DNA of 45,108 nucleotides, taken from Candidatus Hodarchaeota archaeon. GTDB lineage: Archaea; Asgardarchaeota; Lokiarchaeia; Sigyniarchaeales; SOKP01. The notes beneath the pieces were generated by a model. That model was given only the letters and a program-made list of their open reading frames with translations, had not been told where the DNA came from and did no database searches. The translations under genes were made by a program, and so were the position numbers. Of the stretch, positions 34,899 to 45,074 are shown piece by piece. The stretch covers positions 1 through 45,108 of the forward strand of contig JBHLKV010000003.1 of the NCBI GenBank assembly GCA_048886305.1. Direction: 5' to 3'. Each line of letters opens with the position of its first letter. Positions within the stretch are counted from its first letter, which is position 1.

Positions 34899-37499
34899 TT
34901 ATTTAAAAATGTAAACCGAAATATTTAACTCTTCAATATCTTGTTTTAAATCTGGTTTTTCTTTAATAGAACCTTCCACTGATTTAGCAATTATCTCTAA
35001 ATCATCTATTCTAATCGTATTCTGAATATCTTCTTTTAAGTGTTTAAAATCTGTTATCTGATGTTCTTCAGTTAAAATAAGTACTTTCGAAATTTCTTGA
35101 TTTAAAGGTAATTGAAGTTTTGATTTATACATTCTCAGAAACTTTATTATTTCAATACCTAATTTGCCTCTCCCAGTTAATTCTTCTGAAATATTTTCAT
35201 ATGGAGTTGGCCAATTTTCTATATGAATTGACTTTAGATCTTTAAATTTTTTAAAAATAATTGAGTATATTTCTTCTGTAATAAAGGGCATGATAACTGA
35301 AGAAATGCATAGTAAATTGTAAAAAAGGTTTAAGGCATTCTTCAGAGATCTTTCTCTTGTTTGTTTGTCTTCAGAATAAAATTTATACTTTATTGCTTCA
35401 ATATAATTATCGCAAATTTCATTCCAAAAAAAAGTGCGTAAAATCATCGTGGCTTCATGCCAATTATATCCATCGAAATAATCCGTAATCAAATGTAAAT
35501 TTTTGTTAAATTCTGAAAAGAAGTAAATGTCAATTGCTGATAAATCCTTAATATTAATTTCAATATCCGTGATTTTTATCTTATTTAAATTTAAATACAA
35601 AAATCTATACGCATTCCAAATTTTGGTTATGAATTTTGAAGCACCAATCAATTGTTCAAATCTTCTCCGATATTTCTTATTAAATTTGTCTTCTGGAAAC
35701 ATTTTTCTTTTAGATAAAATAAATTCATTTGACATAGGTTGTTTTGTTTGTAGATCTATCCAAGTAAATTCAAAAGGGTAATCATCACCCAAAGAACCCA
35801 TTGCTGTCCAATATCGAATTGCATCAGTACCAAATTCTGGCATAACCTCTTCTGGATTAATGTAGTTTCCAAGACTTTTTGACATATGTCTTCCATCTGG
35901 ACCCGCAACCATTCCATTTATCATTGCTTCATAAAAAGGAGCTTTTCCAGTTAAAACTTTGCAGCGAAATATCGTATAAAATAACCATGTACGTATAATT
36001 TCATATCCTTGAGGACGATGAACTTTAGCATCCATATAAGTCCTTTTAAAAAATTTATCATCTTCATTCCACTTTGATATTTCTAAGGGCGTAATGCTTG
36101 AGTCAATCCAGCAATCACAAACATCCTTTTCGCCAACAATATTTTGACTCTTACATTTAGGACATTCTTTAACAGGGGGTAAAATCTTTACAGGATTTAA
36201 TGGTAAATCCTCCCTTATTGGTGGTATGATTTCATTACAATCTTGACAGTACCAAAATGGGATAGAAGTTCCAAATACTCGCTGACGGGAAATTACCCAA
36301 TTCCAATCTAAACCTTCTGCCCAATCTATTAGTCTTTGTTTTTGTTTTTCAGGGTACCATTTCATTGATTCTCCAGATTCGATAATTTCATCCTTAAAAT
36401 CCTTAACATTTATAAACCACTGATATACTGGAAGATATTCTATAGGTTTTCTACATGACGAACGCTCCGAATGGATAATTAAATTATGTTCATAATCTTC
36501 TATTTTTTCGATTAACCCTTCTTTGTCAAGATCTTTAACTATTTGTTCTCGAGCTTCCATAATAGTTAAACCTTGATATCTAGAATTTTCATTCATATGA
36601 CCATCTTCAGTAAAAATTGTTATCTCCTCTAGATTGTATTCAAATTTCCATTTGATATCCGTCTCATCTCCATAAGTACACACATAAACTATACCGGTAC
36701 CAAAGTTCATATCAACTGATTTATCCATATAGACTCTGACGACACGTTTCGTAAATGGAATTTCTATTTCAGCAGCAGAGAGATCATAATATCGCTCATC
36801 ATTTGGATTAACCATTACAGCAACACATGCTTCCATATATTCAGGACGAGTTGTTGCTATAGTAACAAATTCATTTTCTCTATCAACAATTGGCAATTTT
36901 ATATACCATAATTTTCCTTTTTCTTCTTTATAACCCACTTCTGCTTTTGCAACGGATGTTTCGCAATTAACGCAATAATGGATTGGAAATTTTTCTCGGT
37001 AAAGCAAACCTTTATCATAGAAATCTAAAAGTGAGAGTTGAACTCTTCGGTTATAATCATCATTCATTGTCCTATAAACATATTTCCAATCAGTAGAATA
37101 TCCTAATTGATCTAATTGTCTTGTCATATTTTCAATATTATTCTCTACCCATTCTCTACATTTCTCGAGAAATTTCTCCTTATCATCTTTAGATAAACCA
37201 TAACTCCGCTCGACAGCTAGTTCTACAGGCAGTCCATGGCAATCCCATCCTTGAGGGAAATATACATTATCTGCTCTCATCCTATGATAACGCGCTACAA
37301 AATCGATCCAGGCATAATTTAAATATTGTCCTATGTGCAATACCCCACTAACAAAAGGCGGTGGTGTATCAATAGTAAATATTTCATCCTTTCGATTTTC
37401 ATCAAATGCATATATCTTATTTTCTTTCCAATATTTCATCCATTTTCTTTGTACTTCTTTAAAGTTAAACCGTTTCGGATAAACTGTTTCTTGTGCCAT
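34899..37499 (-). CDS. valS: valyl-tRNA synthetase, archaeal type (HIGH motif reads HIGQ)
   Basis: IDTPPPFVSGVLHIGQ, FPQGWDCHGLP, ATTRPEYMEACVAV (CP1 editing domain), ISRQRVFGTSIPFWYC, RPQGYEIIRTWLFYTI, HMSKSLGN. The RPQG..IIRTW motif, the absence of the IleRS-type EG.DQ.RGWF motif and the 866-aa length argue for ValRS rather than IleRS or LeuRS. Confidence 0.75.
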   Translation of the reverse strand: MAQETVYPKRFNFKEVQRKWMKYWKENKIYAFDENRKDEIFTIDTPPPFVSGVLHIGQYLNYAWIDFVARYHRMRADNVYFPQGWDCHGLPVELAVERSYGLSKDDKEKFLEKCREWVENNIENMTRQLDQLGYSTDWKYVYRTMNDDYNRRVQLSLLDFYDKGLLYREKFPIHYCVNCETSVAKAEVGYKEEKGKLWYIKLPIVDRENEFVTIATTRPEYMEACVAVMVNPNDERYYDLSAAEIEIPFTKRVVRVYMDKSVDMNFGTGIVYVCTYGDETDIKWKFEYNLEEITIFTEDGHMNENSRYQGLTIMEAREQIVKDLDKEGLIEKIEDYEHNLIIHSERSSCRKPIEYLPVYQWFINVKDFKDEIIESGESMKWYPEKQKQRLIDWAEGLDWNWVISRQRVFGTSIPFWYCQDCNEIIPPIREDLPLNPVKILPPVKECPKCKSQNIVGEKDVCDCWIDSSITPLEISKWNEDDKFFKRTYMDAKVHRPQGYEIIRTWLFYTIFRCKVLTGKAPFYEAMINGMVAGPDGRHMSKSLGNYINPEEVMPEFGTDAIRYWTAMGSLGDDYPFEFTWIDLQTKQPMSNEFILSKRKMFPEDKFNKKYRRRFEQLIGASKFITKIWNAYRFLYLNLNKIKITDIEINIKDLSAIDIYFFSEFNKNLHLITDYFDGYNWHEATMILRTFFWNEICDNYIEAIKYKFYSEDKQTRERSLKNALNLFYNLLCISSVIMPFITEEIYSIIFKKFKDLKSIHIENWPTPYENISEELTGRGKLGIEIIKFLRMYKSKLQLPLNQEISKVLILTEEHQITDFKHLKEDIQNTIRIDDLEIIAKSVEGSIKEKPDLKQDIEELNISVYIFK

Positions 37500-37657
37500 T
37501 TTAAACTCTAAATTAGAAGATTAATAAATATAAAAATACATAATATTTGATAACTTTATAAGATTTATTCAAATCCAATCTAAAAACATTAAGAAGTTAA
37601 TTACGGATTTAAAGTGAATAGGAAAAGTCATTTTATTCAAAACTAATTTAACTGTCT

Positions 37658-40405
37658 TTAGCGTAAAATTTCAAGCTGTTCTCCGAGGATCTCCTTTCTT
37701 TTTTCTAATTGTTCTCGGTTTTCTCGCTCCCTTTGAACTATTTCTGGTTTAGCACGTAAGGCAAAAGGACCATTCAATTTCTTTTCACTTTTTTGAATTT
37801 CTTTATCAATTAATTCAATTTGCTTCGAAATACGTAGAAATTCAATTTTTATATCAATTATCTCTTCTAATGGAAGATAAACTACTATCTCTTCAAGGAA
37901 AATTCGAGCAGAATGCCTTGGTACATTGGATTCATCAATTTTAAATCTTTTTCTATCTACATGGGTTAAAGCGATAATTTCTGAAGTGAACCTTTCAATT
38001 AATTCTCTCTTATCTCCAGTTTGGATAATTAATGGTATTTTCAATCCAGGTTTTACATTAAACTCCTTTCTTGTACGTCGAATTTCATGAATTAATGTTT
38101 TGATTAAATCAAAATCCTTATCCAGCATGTCATTTATCAATGATTCATCTGGTTCAGGCCATTTTGCTACAATTAAGGCAGGTCCTTCTTTTACCAATTC
38201 TGGTAATGCCTGCCATAAAGTCTCTGTCAAAAATGGTATGATAGGATGGAGAAGGCGAAGTGATGTTTCTAAAACATATAGTAAAATAGAAATTGGTATA
38301 ACTTTATCACGCGCATTTTCATTATAAATCCGAGTTTTAGAAATTTCGACATACCAATCACAAAAATCATCCCAATAAAATGACCGTATTGATCGGGCGG
38401 CATTTAAATAATTATATTCTTTATAATGGTTGTTTACTTGTTTTATCATTTTATTTAATCGGGAAACAATCCATCGGTCTCCAATATGAAGTTTTCCCTT
38501 TAGATTTGAAGCTGAAAACATTTCGATTTTTTCTGTTTTATCTAGATTACCAAGAATATAATTTGCTGATTGCCAGATCTTATTACAAAAATTTTTTGAG
38601 GCTCTAAGAAGCCCCTCTCCAAGATTTAAGTCTTTACCGGGTACTGTGTTTGCAATAAATGTAAATCGTAATGAATCAGCCCCATATTTTCTGATAATAT
38701 TTAATGGATCATATTGCTTAATATTTTCCATGGATTTGCTTATCTTTTTGCCCTCTTCATTGCGAATAATTCCATGAAAATAACACATTTGATACGGCGA
38801 TCGTTTAGTTAATTCTAATCCTAACATGATTTCTCGAGCGACCCAGAAGAATAGAATGTCATATCCAGTTTCGCGGATATCATTGGGATAATATCTTATG
38901 AAATCTTCGCTCTCCACATCTGGCCAACCTAAGGTTGCAAATGGCCATAACCCAGAAGAAAACCATGTATCTAAAACATCCTCATCTTGCTTAAGATTTT
39001 TATCATTACATGTAGGACATTGAATAGGTTCTTCCATTTCACAGATTTCATGCCCATTTGAACAATACCACACTGGAATTTGATGTCCCCACCATAACTG
39101 ACGACTGATACACCAATCTCTTATATTTTCCATCCACTGATAGAACCGTGTTTCTTCTCTTTCTGGTATCATCATCGTGAGTCCACTTTTTACTGCATCC
39201 ATTGCCTCCTTTGCGAGTTTTCGAGTTCTTACAAACCATTGGGTTGAGATTCGTGGTTCAATTATAGTGTTACATCGTTGGCAATGAGTTATCGTGTGAG
39301 AGTAAGGTTCAATTTTTTCTAATAACCCCTCTTTCTTCAAATCTTTGATAATTTCATCTCTACATTCAAACCGATCCATATTTGCATATTTTCCTGAATA
39401 ATCTGGGACCATGTTACCAGATTCATCTATGACTGTAATAGCTTCTAAATTATATTTAAATCCAATTTCATAATCATTTGGATCATGAGCAGGAGTGATT
39501 TTTAAAGCACCAGTTCCAAATTCGGGATCTACATACGAATCTTCAAAAACAGGGATTTTACGACCGAGTACAGGCAATGCAGCAACTTTTCCTACATATT
39601 TAGAAAATTCTTGATGTTTTGGCGCAATAGCAACAGCAGTGTCCCCTAACAATGTTTCTGGACGAGTTGTAGCTAATGTTATAAACTTTGTAGCACCTTC
39701 TGCCCATTTACCAGATGCCCAGTCTGCCATTGGCCCGTTCCATTTATCTGTTATAATTGGATATTTTAAGTACCATAAATGGCTTTCATGCTCTTCAGAC
39801 TCAGCTTCCAGATTCGATATCGCAGATTCACACCTTCCAGGACACCAATTTACCATATATTTTCCTCTATAGATTAATCCTTTTTTATAAAGACGGTTAA
39901 ATGCAGTTATCACCGCTGTATAATATCTTTTATCCAAAGTAAATCTATTACGAGTCCAATCACAAGATGCTCCCATACTTCTGGATTGGTCTAATATCGT
40001 ATTTTGACGTTTGGTTGTCCAAGCCCATACTTTTTCTAGAAACTTTTTTCGTCCAATTTCCTTCCTATAAATCCCTTTTTTCGCTAAATCTCTTTCTACT
40101 ACATTTTGGGTTGCTATACCTGCGTGATCTGTTCCTGGAAGAAACAAAGTTTCTTTTTGCTTCATGCGTTCATAACGTGTCATGAGATCCTCAAGTGTAA
40201 GGACAATCGCATGGCCTAGATGAAGAACACCAGTTACATTCGGAGGTGGAAGTGTAATACAAAAACGAGGACCATTTTCTTTTACTAACCCTAATTCACG
40301 TTGTTTTTCAGGGCGAAAATATCCTCCTGATTCCCACCATTCATATATACTCTTTTCAATTTTTTGCGGATCATGCACTCTTGGTAAATTGTTGAAATCT
40401 ATCAT
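37658..40405 (-). CDS. valS: valyl-tRNA synthetase, bacterial type with a C-terminal coiled coil
   Basis: Nearly colinear with E. coli ValS as I recall it: PPPNVTGVLHLGHA, GTDHAGIATQ, ATTRPETLLGDTAVAI, KITPAHDPNDYEIG, DWCISRQLWWGHQIPVWY, DEDVLDTWFSSGLWPFATLGWP, GYDILFFWVAR, KISKS, FCDWYVE, LHPIIPFLTETLWQ. The terminal coiled coil is LNGPFALRAKPEIVQRERE... Confidence 0.9.
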   Translation of the reverse strand: MIDFNNLPRVHDPQKIEKSIYEWWESGGYFRPEKQRELGLVKENGPRFCITLPPPNVTGVLHLGHAIVLTLEDLMTRYERMKQKETLFLPGTDHAGIATQNVVERDLAKKGIYRKEIGRKKFLEKVWAWTTKRQNTILDQSRSMGASCDWTRNRFTLDKRYYTAVITAFNRLYKKGLIYRGKYMVNWCPGRCESAISNLEAESEEHESHLWYLKYPIITDKWNGPMADWASGKWAEGATKFITLATTRPETLLGDTAVAIAPKHQEFSKYVGKVAALPVLGRKIPVFEDSYVDPEFGTGALKITPAHDPNDYEIGFKYNLEAITVIDESGNMVPDYSGKYANMDRFECRDEIIKDLKKEGLLEKIEPYSHTITHCQRCNTIIEPRISTQWFVRTRKLAKEAMDAVKSGLTMMIPEREETRFYQWMENIRDWCISRQLWWGHQIPVWYCSNGHEICEMEEPIQCPTCNDKNLKQDEDVLDTWFSSGLWPFATLGWPDVESEDFIRYYPNDIRETGYDILFFWVAREIMLGLELTKRSPYQMCYFHGIIRNEEGKKISKSMENIKQYDPLNIIRKYGADSLRFTFIANTVPGKDLNLGEGLLRASKNFCNKIWQSANYILGNLDKTEKIEMFSASNLKGKLHIGDRWIVSRLNKMIKQVNNHYKEYNYLNAARSIRSFYWDDFCDWYVEISKTRIYNENARDKVIPISILLYVLETSLRLLHPIIPFLTETLWQALPELVKEGPALIVAKWPEPDESLINDMLDKDFDLIKTLIHEIRRTRKEFNVKPGLKIPLIIQTGDKRELIERFTSEIIALTHVDRKRFKIDESNVPRHSARIFLEEIVVYLPLEEIIDIKIEFLRISKQIELIDKEIQKSEKKLNGPFALRAKPEIVQRERENREQLEKRKEILGEQLEILR

Positions 40406-40491
40406 TTTAAATCAAATATATTGAAATTCTTAGTTTAAAACTAATCTGAATGATTATGAAATAATATATTGGTTGTTCTATTATCTATAAA

Positions 40492-40563
40492 TGGACCTGA
40501 CGGGAATTGAACCCGTGACCTCTTGAATGCGAGTCAAGCGATCTTCCACTGATCTACAGGCCC
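40492..40563 (-). tRNA. tRNA-Ala (anticodon CGC), no encoded CCA, no intron
   Basis: The reverse complement GGGCCTG-TA-GATC-AGTGGAA-GATC-G-CTTGA-CTCGCAT-TCAAG-AGGTC-ACGGG-TTCAATT-CCCGT-CAGGTCC-A folds as a cloverleaf. The G3:U70 alanine identity pair is present, with U33 and A37 flanking CGC. Confidence 0.9.
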
Positions 40564-40579
40564 AATTATAATTATTGTA

Positions 40580-40591
40580 TTTTTATATTTT
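40580..40591 (-). promoter_or_regulatory. TATA box of the tRNA-Ala gene
   Basis: AAAATATAAAAA on the minus strand, centred about 23 nt upstream of the tRNA 5' end. Confidence 0.4.
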
Positions 40592-40650
40592 AAAAATCAG
40601 TATACCTAAAATTTTTTATTATTTTTCTTAAATGTTAAGTGAAAATGAGA

Positions 40651-43023
40651 TTAATACTCAGTTCGAATAATTAAATCATCTTGGGCGGTTTTAGATAACT
40701 CATTGAAAAGGACAGGGTATCCGGCAATTCTTACAACTAGTCCAGGGTATTTTTCAGGATTTTCCTGGGCATCACATAGAATATCCTTACCGATTACGTT
40801 AAATTGAATATGATAACCACCATTAAGCTGAAAAAATGAACGAATAACTGAAAGAAATATTTCTGGTTCCAGTGTTTTTGGATGAAATGATAAAAGCGTT
40901 GAATTCCCATTTGTCATTAACTCATTTTCTAGTTTCATAACTGAATTAAGGATTGCTGTTGGACCATTTTTATCCATTCCATTCGTAGGACCTACACCAT
41001 TTGATAAATGGTCCCTTGATTTTCGACCATCTGCAGAAGCTGCAGTAAACACACCTAATGCTAGATGAAAAGATGTAGAGTAAATTCCAGGATTATAATT
41101 GCCTCCACGAAAATTTTTATAATTTAAGAGCTCATTACAAAATAATTTTGCTACATCATGAGTGATAGAATCAATATAATCATTATCATTGCCAAATTTA
41201 GGGACTTTATTAATAAAAATTTGTCTCCATTCTTCCCCTTTTTTACCTCGATAACTACCTCTATAGTTTTTTAATAGCATTTGAATTAATTCTTCAAAAG
41301 ATAGAAGATCATCCTCAAATACTATTTTTTTAATAACTGCTAAACTATCTGCAACAGTTGCTAAGCCAATTAGTTGAGTCGTTGTGAAATCATATATTGC
41401 TCCTCCACTTGTTATATCAAGAGCTTGATCTAAACAGTCATCTGTAGTAGCTGATAAAAATGGTTGCGGGTTAAGTTCAGCAATTGCTCTCTCAAGAGAT
41501 TTCATTGTTTCAACCATATTATCCATAAAATATCTAAGTTGAATTTGAAAATTTTCCCATAGATCTTCATATGAAACGATTTTCTTGGTATTTTCAAGCC
41601 CATATTTCTTTTTTGAAAACATATCAGTTCCATTATTAAGTGTTAGTTCTAAAACTTTTACGATGTTTAATTGACTTGCATTAGTGCTACCAAAAGATTT
41701 ATATGGATGTACAGGCTCCACACATCCAATAGGAGCATACTCTCGGGCATCTTCGAGGGAATATCCTAGTTGATGTAACCCTGGAATCATCACTAAATCA
41801 TTAAATAAAGCAATACTCGTTCCAGATTTGATTGCTTCTCCAGCAAGTTTTATTAATTTATTTGGAGTTTTTTCATGAACACGAATAGAAAAGGCTGGTT
41901 GAACCGTTTTTAAATTATTATATGAATCAAGTAAAAGATAAGATAATTCATTTGTCACATCATTTTCAAATTTATCAATCCCTCCGATGGTTAAATTTTC
42001 TGCGATTGGAGGACCTTCTCCAGCGACAATTCCCTTATGAAGAACATAATTCCATAAAGTTGAAAGTTTAAGATAAAAACATTCAATAAGAAATTGTGCC
42101 TCTTCATCAGTAATTTTACCCCTTTTTTTGTCTTTAATATAATAAGGATATAATATTTGATCTAACCTTCCAATACTTATAGCAAATCCACCATCCTCTA
42201 AACCAGCAATAATATGAGTGAAATATATTAATTGAAGTGCTTCTTTAAAGGTACTCGGAGCATTACCTGAGATGTTTGCACAAATCTGGGATATTTCATG
42301 GAGTTCTTTTTTTCTATTAGGATTTTGTTCCTTTTCTATCATTTCTTTGGCTAAATTAGAGAATCTGTTTACAAATTTTTTAGCAGCATTCAAAACTATG
42401 ATAACAGAATTAATAAAATCAACCTTCTCTTTATTATTAGAGATTTCACTTAATTTAATTTGAGCTTTTTGAATCAAACCATTAAATCCTCTTTTTAATA
42501 CATTCTCATGTCCAGGAAAAAAATGCCCCATTCCATTTGTGATATTTACATCTACGACATAAGATAACATTAACATCAAATCATATAATTTAGGACTTAA
42601 AAAGGAATCAAATCTCGATTTTACTGTAGTTTCCTCTGACTTCCAGTATGGGATAATTTCATTCTTTAAAATTTCCTTATCTTCTTCAGATAATAAGAAT
42701 CTCTGAACATTGCGAGCACTATAGAGTTCTAAATCTAATTCAATTGTATCAACTCGGACTTCAGGGTATAATGGAGTTCCTACAAATTTAGTGCATCGAT
42801 TGCCAATTATGAACTCATCTTCCCAAATTTTAATTGTCATATTTGATAATAAATAATCCATGGCTTTCGCAAATCGAATAGCTGAAGTTTCTCCTTTAGT
42901 TATTTTATAAGATTCAGTAAATAATTTAGCTCTTTCAATACATAATTCATGTGGTTGCATTACTACTCTATCTTTCATCCGGGTAATACGTTCATTATAA
43001 GGAGAAATTTGTTCTAATTGCAT
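40651..43023 (-). CDS. glycyl-radical enzyme, PFL2/glycerol-dehydratase/CutC/HypD-like clade
   Basis: C-terminal glycyl radical motif VVRIAGYPVLF and thiyl loop APIGCVEP (Cys-x-Glu, not the PFL Cys-Cys). The N-terminus ERAKLFTESYK...IRFAKAMDYLL is typical of PFL2-type enzymes. 790 aa. Confidence 0.8.
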   Translation of the reverse strand: MQLEQISPYNERITRMKDRVVMQPHELCIERAKLFTESYKITKGETSAIRFAKAMDYLLSNMTIKIWEDEFIIGNRCTKFVGTPLYPEVRVDTIELDLELYSARNVQRFLLSEEDKEILKNEIIPYWKSEETTVKSRFDSFLSPKLYDLMLMLSYVVDVNITNGMGHFFPGHENVLKRGFNGLIQKAQIKLSEISNNKEKVDFINSVIIVLNAAKKFVNRFSNLAKEMIEKEQNPNRKKELHEISQICANISGNAPSTFKEALQLIYFTHIIAGLEDGGFAISIGRLDQILYPYYIKDKKRGKITDEEAQFLIECFYLKLSTLWNYVLHKGIVAGEGPPIAENLTIGGIDKFENDVTNELSYLLLDSYNNLKTVQPAFSIRVHEKTPNKLIKLAGEAIKSGTSIALFNDLVMIPGLHQLGYSLEDAREYAPIGCVEPVHPYKSFGSTNASQLNIVKVLELTLNNGTDMFSKKKYGLENTKKIVSYEDLWENFQIQLRYFMDNMVETMKSLERAIAELNPQPFLSATTDDCLDQALDITSGGAIYDFTTTQLIGLATVADSLAVIKKIVFEDDLLSFEELIQMLLKNYRGSYRGKKGEEWRQIFINKVPKFGNDNDYIDSITHDVAKLFCNELLNYKNFRGGNYNPGIYSTSFHLALGVFTAASADGRKSRDHLSNGVGPTNGMDKNGPTAILNSVMKLENELMTNGNSTLLSFHPKTLEPEIFLSVIRSFFQLNGGYHIQFNVIGKDILCDAQENPEKYPGLVVRIAGYPVLFNELSKTAQDDLIIRTEY

Positions 43024-43141
43024 TTATATCCCTAATTTTTATCAGTCATTCAGTACAATAAGTTTAATTAAAAGTATAATTGCTTTATTTAATAAACGTT
43101 ATTATTATATATTATCACATAAAGTCTGGAATTTAAAAGAT

Positions 43142-43999
43142 TTAAATAAATTTCATTAGTTGATCTTTTTCTTTTTCAGAGGAAAATAAAAATTCTTTTT
43201 TTCGCTTGTTTTTAAATCTTTTAATTGCTAAATCGAGATATTCTTTCTTCGAATCAATTCCAATAAATTTACGATTTAAAACGTTGCACACAATTCCAGT
43301 AGTTCCAGACCCCACAAATGGATCTAAAACCCAATCCCCTTCATTTGAAGATGATGATATAATTCTATTTAGCAATTCTAATGGTTTCTGGGTAGGATGT
43401 TTACCGAATTCTTTCTCTTCCTTAGGAATCAATGGAATTGACCAAACACTCCTCATCTGTTTATCTTTATTTTTTAATTTATCTTTAGGATTATTCCAAA
43501 TTTTCATTTTTTCGTAATTAAAAGTATGAGAAGATTTTTTAGATTTACGAGCCCATAATACAATTTCATGGCTATGCGTAAAATATTTACATGATAAATT
43601 TGGTGGAGCATTGGGTTTAAACCAAATTATATCATTAATAATATCATAACCATTTTTTTCTAGCAAATATCCAACTTTATAAATAACATGCAGAGTTCCT
43701 GAAATCCAAATAGATCCATTTTCACTTAAAACTCTCTTACATGCTTTTAACCATGAATCAATAAACAATATATCTTCATCGAAACCTTTAGATTTATCCC
43801 ATTCACCTTTATTAACTGAAACCATCTTCCCAGATTTGCATGTGATCCCGTCGTTTGATAAGAAATAGGGAGGATCAGCATAAATTAAATCGAACTTTTT
43901 GTCTTCAAATTGATTAAGGATTTCTAAAGCATCTCCAAAATATAAAGTAAAATTTCTTTCCTTAAAATAAGGATCTATCATTTTGACTAAATTTATCAA
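43142..43999 (-). CDS. DNA methyltransferase, beta class (N6-adenine or N4-cytosine; PF01555-like)
   Basis: Motif IV IYADPPYFL comes before motif I VLDPFVGSGTTG, the beta-class order. The start is TTG 43999 or ATG 43981. No restriction endonuclease recognised nearby. Confidence 0.8.
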   Translation of the reverse strand: MINLVKMIDPYFKERNFTLYFGDALEILNQFEDKKFDLIYADPPYFLSNDGITCKSGKMVSVNKGEWDKSKGFDEDILFIDSWLKACKRVLSENGSIWISGTLHVIYKVGYLLEKNGYDIINDIIWFKPNAPPNLSCKYFTHSHEIVLWARKSKKSSHTFNYEKMKIWNNPKDKLKNKDKQMRSVWSIPLIPKEEKEFGKHPTQKPLELLNRIISSSSNEGDWVLDPFVGSGTTGIVCNVLNRKFIGIDSKKEYLDLAIKRFKNKRKKEFLFSSEKEKDQLMKFI

Positions 44000-44128
44000 C
44001 GATTTTTTAAAATATTCTAAGAAATTATAATAACTTTAAATTATTAACTTTAAAGTTTTAAATTATCTAACACTTAATATTCATGTAATAAAAACATCTA
44101 TGTTTTTAAAATTGGATTAAGATCTAAA

Positions 44129-45070
44129 ATGATAAATAAAGAAAGGTTCGAGGAATTATTCAATCAACGTCTTATCAAAGATATTTCTGAAGAACAAATT
44201 GATATCGTTCTTTCAGGACAATATGGCAAAGCGCTGGAATTATTAAGAGACGCAGAGGCAACAAATCTATTTCCTGCTCTTGTTGGGCCACCAGGTGTAG
44301 GAAAAACCATTTTATGTAGATATTTTGCTAGTTTAAGAGCTCAAGAAAATAAAAATAGAAGTTTTAACTGGTTGACCATGGATGAAAGCATTAAACCGTC
44401 GCATTTTATAGGATCATTTGATCCTGCTATTACATTGAAAAAAGGTTTTGTATTAGAAGCATTTAATCCCGGACCTTTATTAAATGCAATGTTAGAAGGA
44501 GGCACTTTTCTCGCAAATGAAATTAATAGAGCCACTGAATATTCACAAAATACTCTGTTAGAACCTTTAGAAGAAGCTTCAATTAGTATTCCTCATCTTG
44601 GACGAATAAAAGCCGATAACGACTTTTTCTTCATATGTGCTATGAACCCTGAAGAACTTTCAGGGACTCATCGATTATCTGAAGCTTTGAAAGATAGAAT
44701 TAAGGTTTGGATTAAATTAACTTATCCTGACAAGTCTACTGAATTAGATATTATTAGGATTAATTTACCAGAACACTTTATTATAGAAGAATCGGAATTA
44801 GAATTAATATATTCAATAATAAAAGAAACAAGACAAAACAAAATTGATATTGAGGTTCCAGCATCAATAAGGGCAGGAATTGCTATAGCAAAAATGTTAG
44901 GTAGAAAAAGGCTCCTAGAAAAAGAAAAAAAAGTAGAGGAAAAAGAATCGGTATATGTCTATCTCTCTGAAATTGCCAAACATGTATTATTAGGAAGTAT
45001 TAAACCCAAACCTGGAGTAAAAGTTGAAAATATTATAGAAAATATTATTCATAAAACCCTAGGAGGTTAA
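44129..45070 (+). CDS. MoxR/AAA_5-like AAA+ ATPase
   Basis: Walker A LVGPPGVGKT. The Walker B region is GTFLANEINRA (Asn where Asp is usual). FFFICAMNPEELSGTHRLSEALKDRI matches the MoxR sensor/Arg region (AtqNP.e..G...L.eA..DRF). Confidence 0.7.
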   Translation: MINKERFEELFNQRLIKDISEEQIDIVLSGQYGKALELLRDAEATNLFPALVGPPGVGKTILCRYFASLRAQENKNRSFNWLTMDESIKPSHFIGSFDPAITLKKGFVLEAFNPGPLLNAMLEGGTFLANEINRATEYSQNTLLEPLEEASISIPHLGRIKADNDFFFICAMNPEELSGTHRLSEALKDRIKVWIKLTYPDKSTELDIIRINLPEHFIIEESELELIYSIIKETRQNKIDIEVPASIRAGIAIAKMLGRKRLLEKEKKVEEKESVYVYLSEIAKHVLLGSIKPKPGVKVENIIENIIHKTLGG

Positions 45071-45074
45071 ATAT

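Noticed and set aside
40406-44128. tRNA-Ala followed by the GRE and methyltransferase genes, considered as a tRNA-integrated genomic island
   Set aside because: I found no integrase or recombinase gene and no direct repeat of the tRNA 3' half in the window, and composition does not visibly change. The idea remains untested rather than supported.
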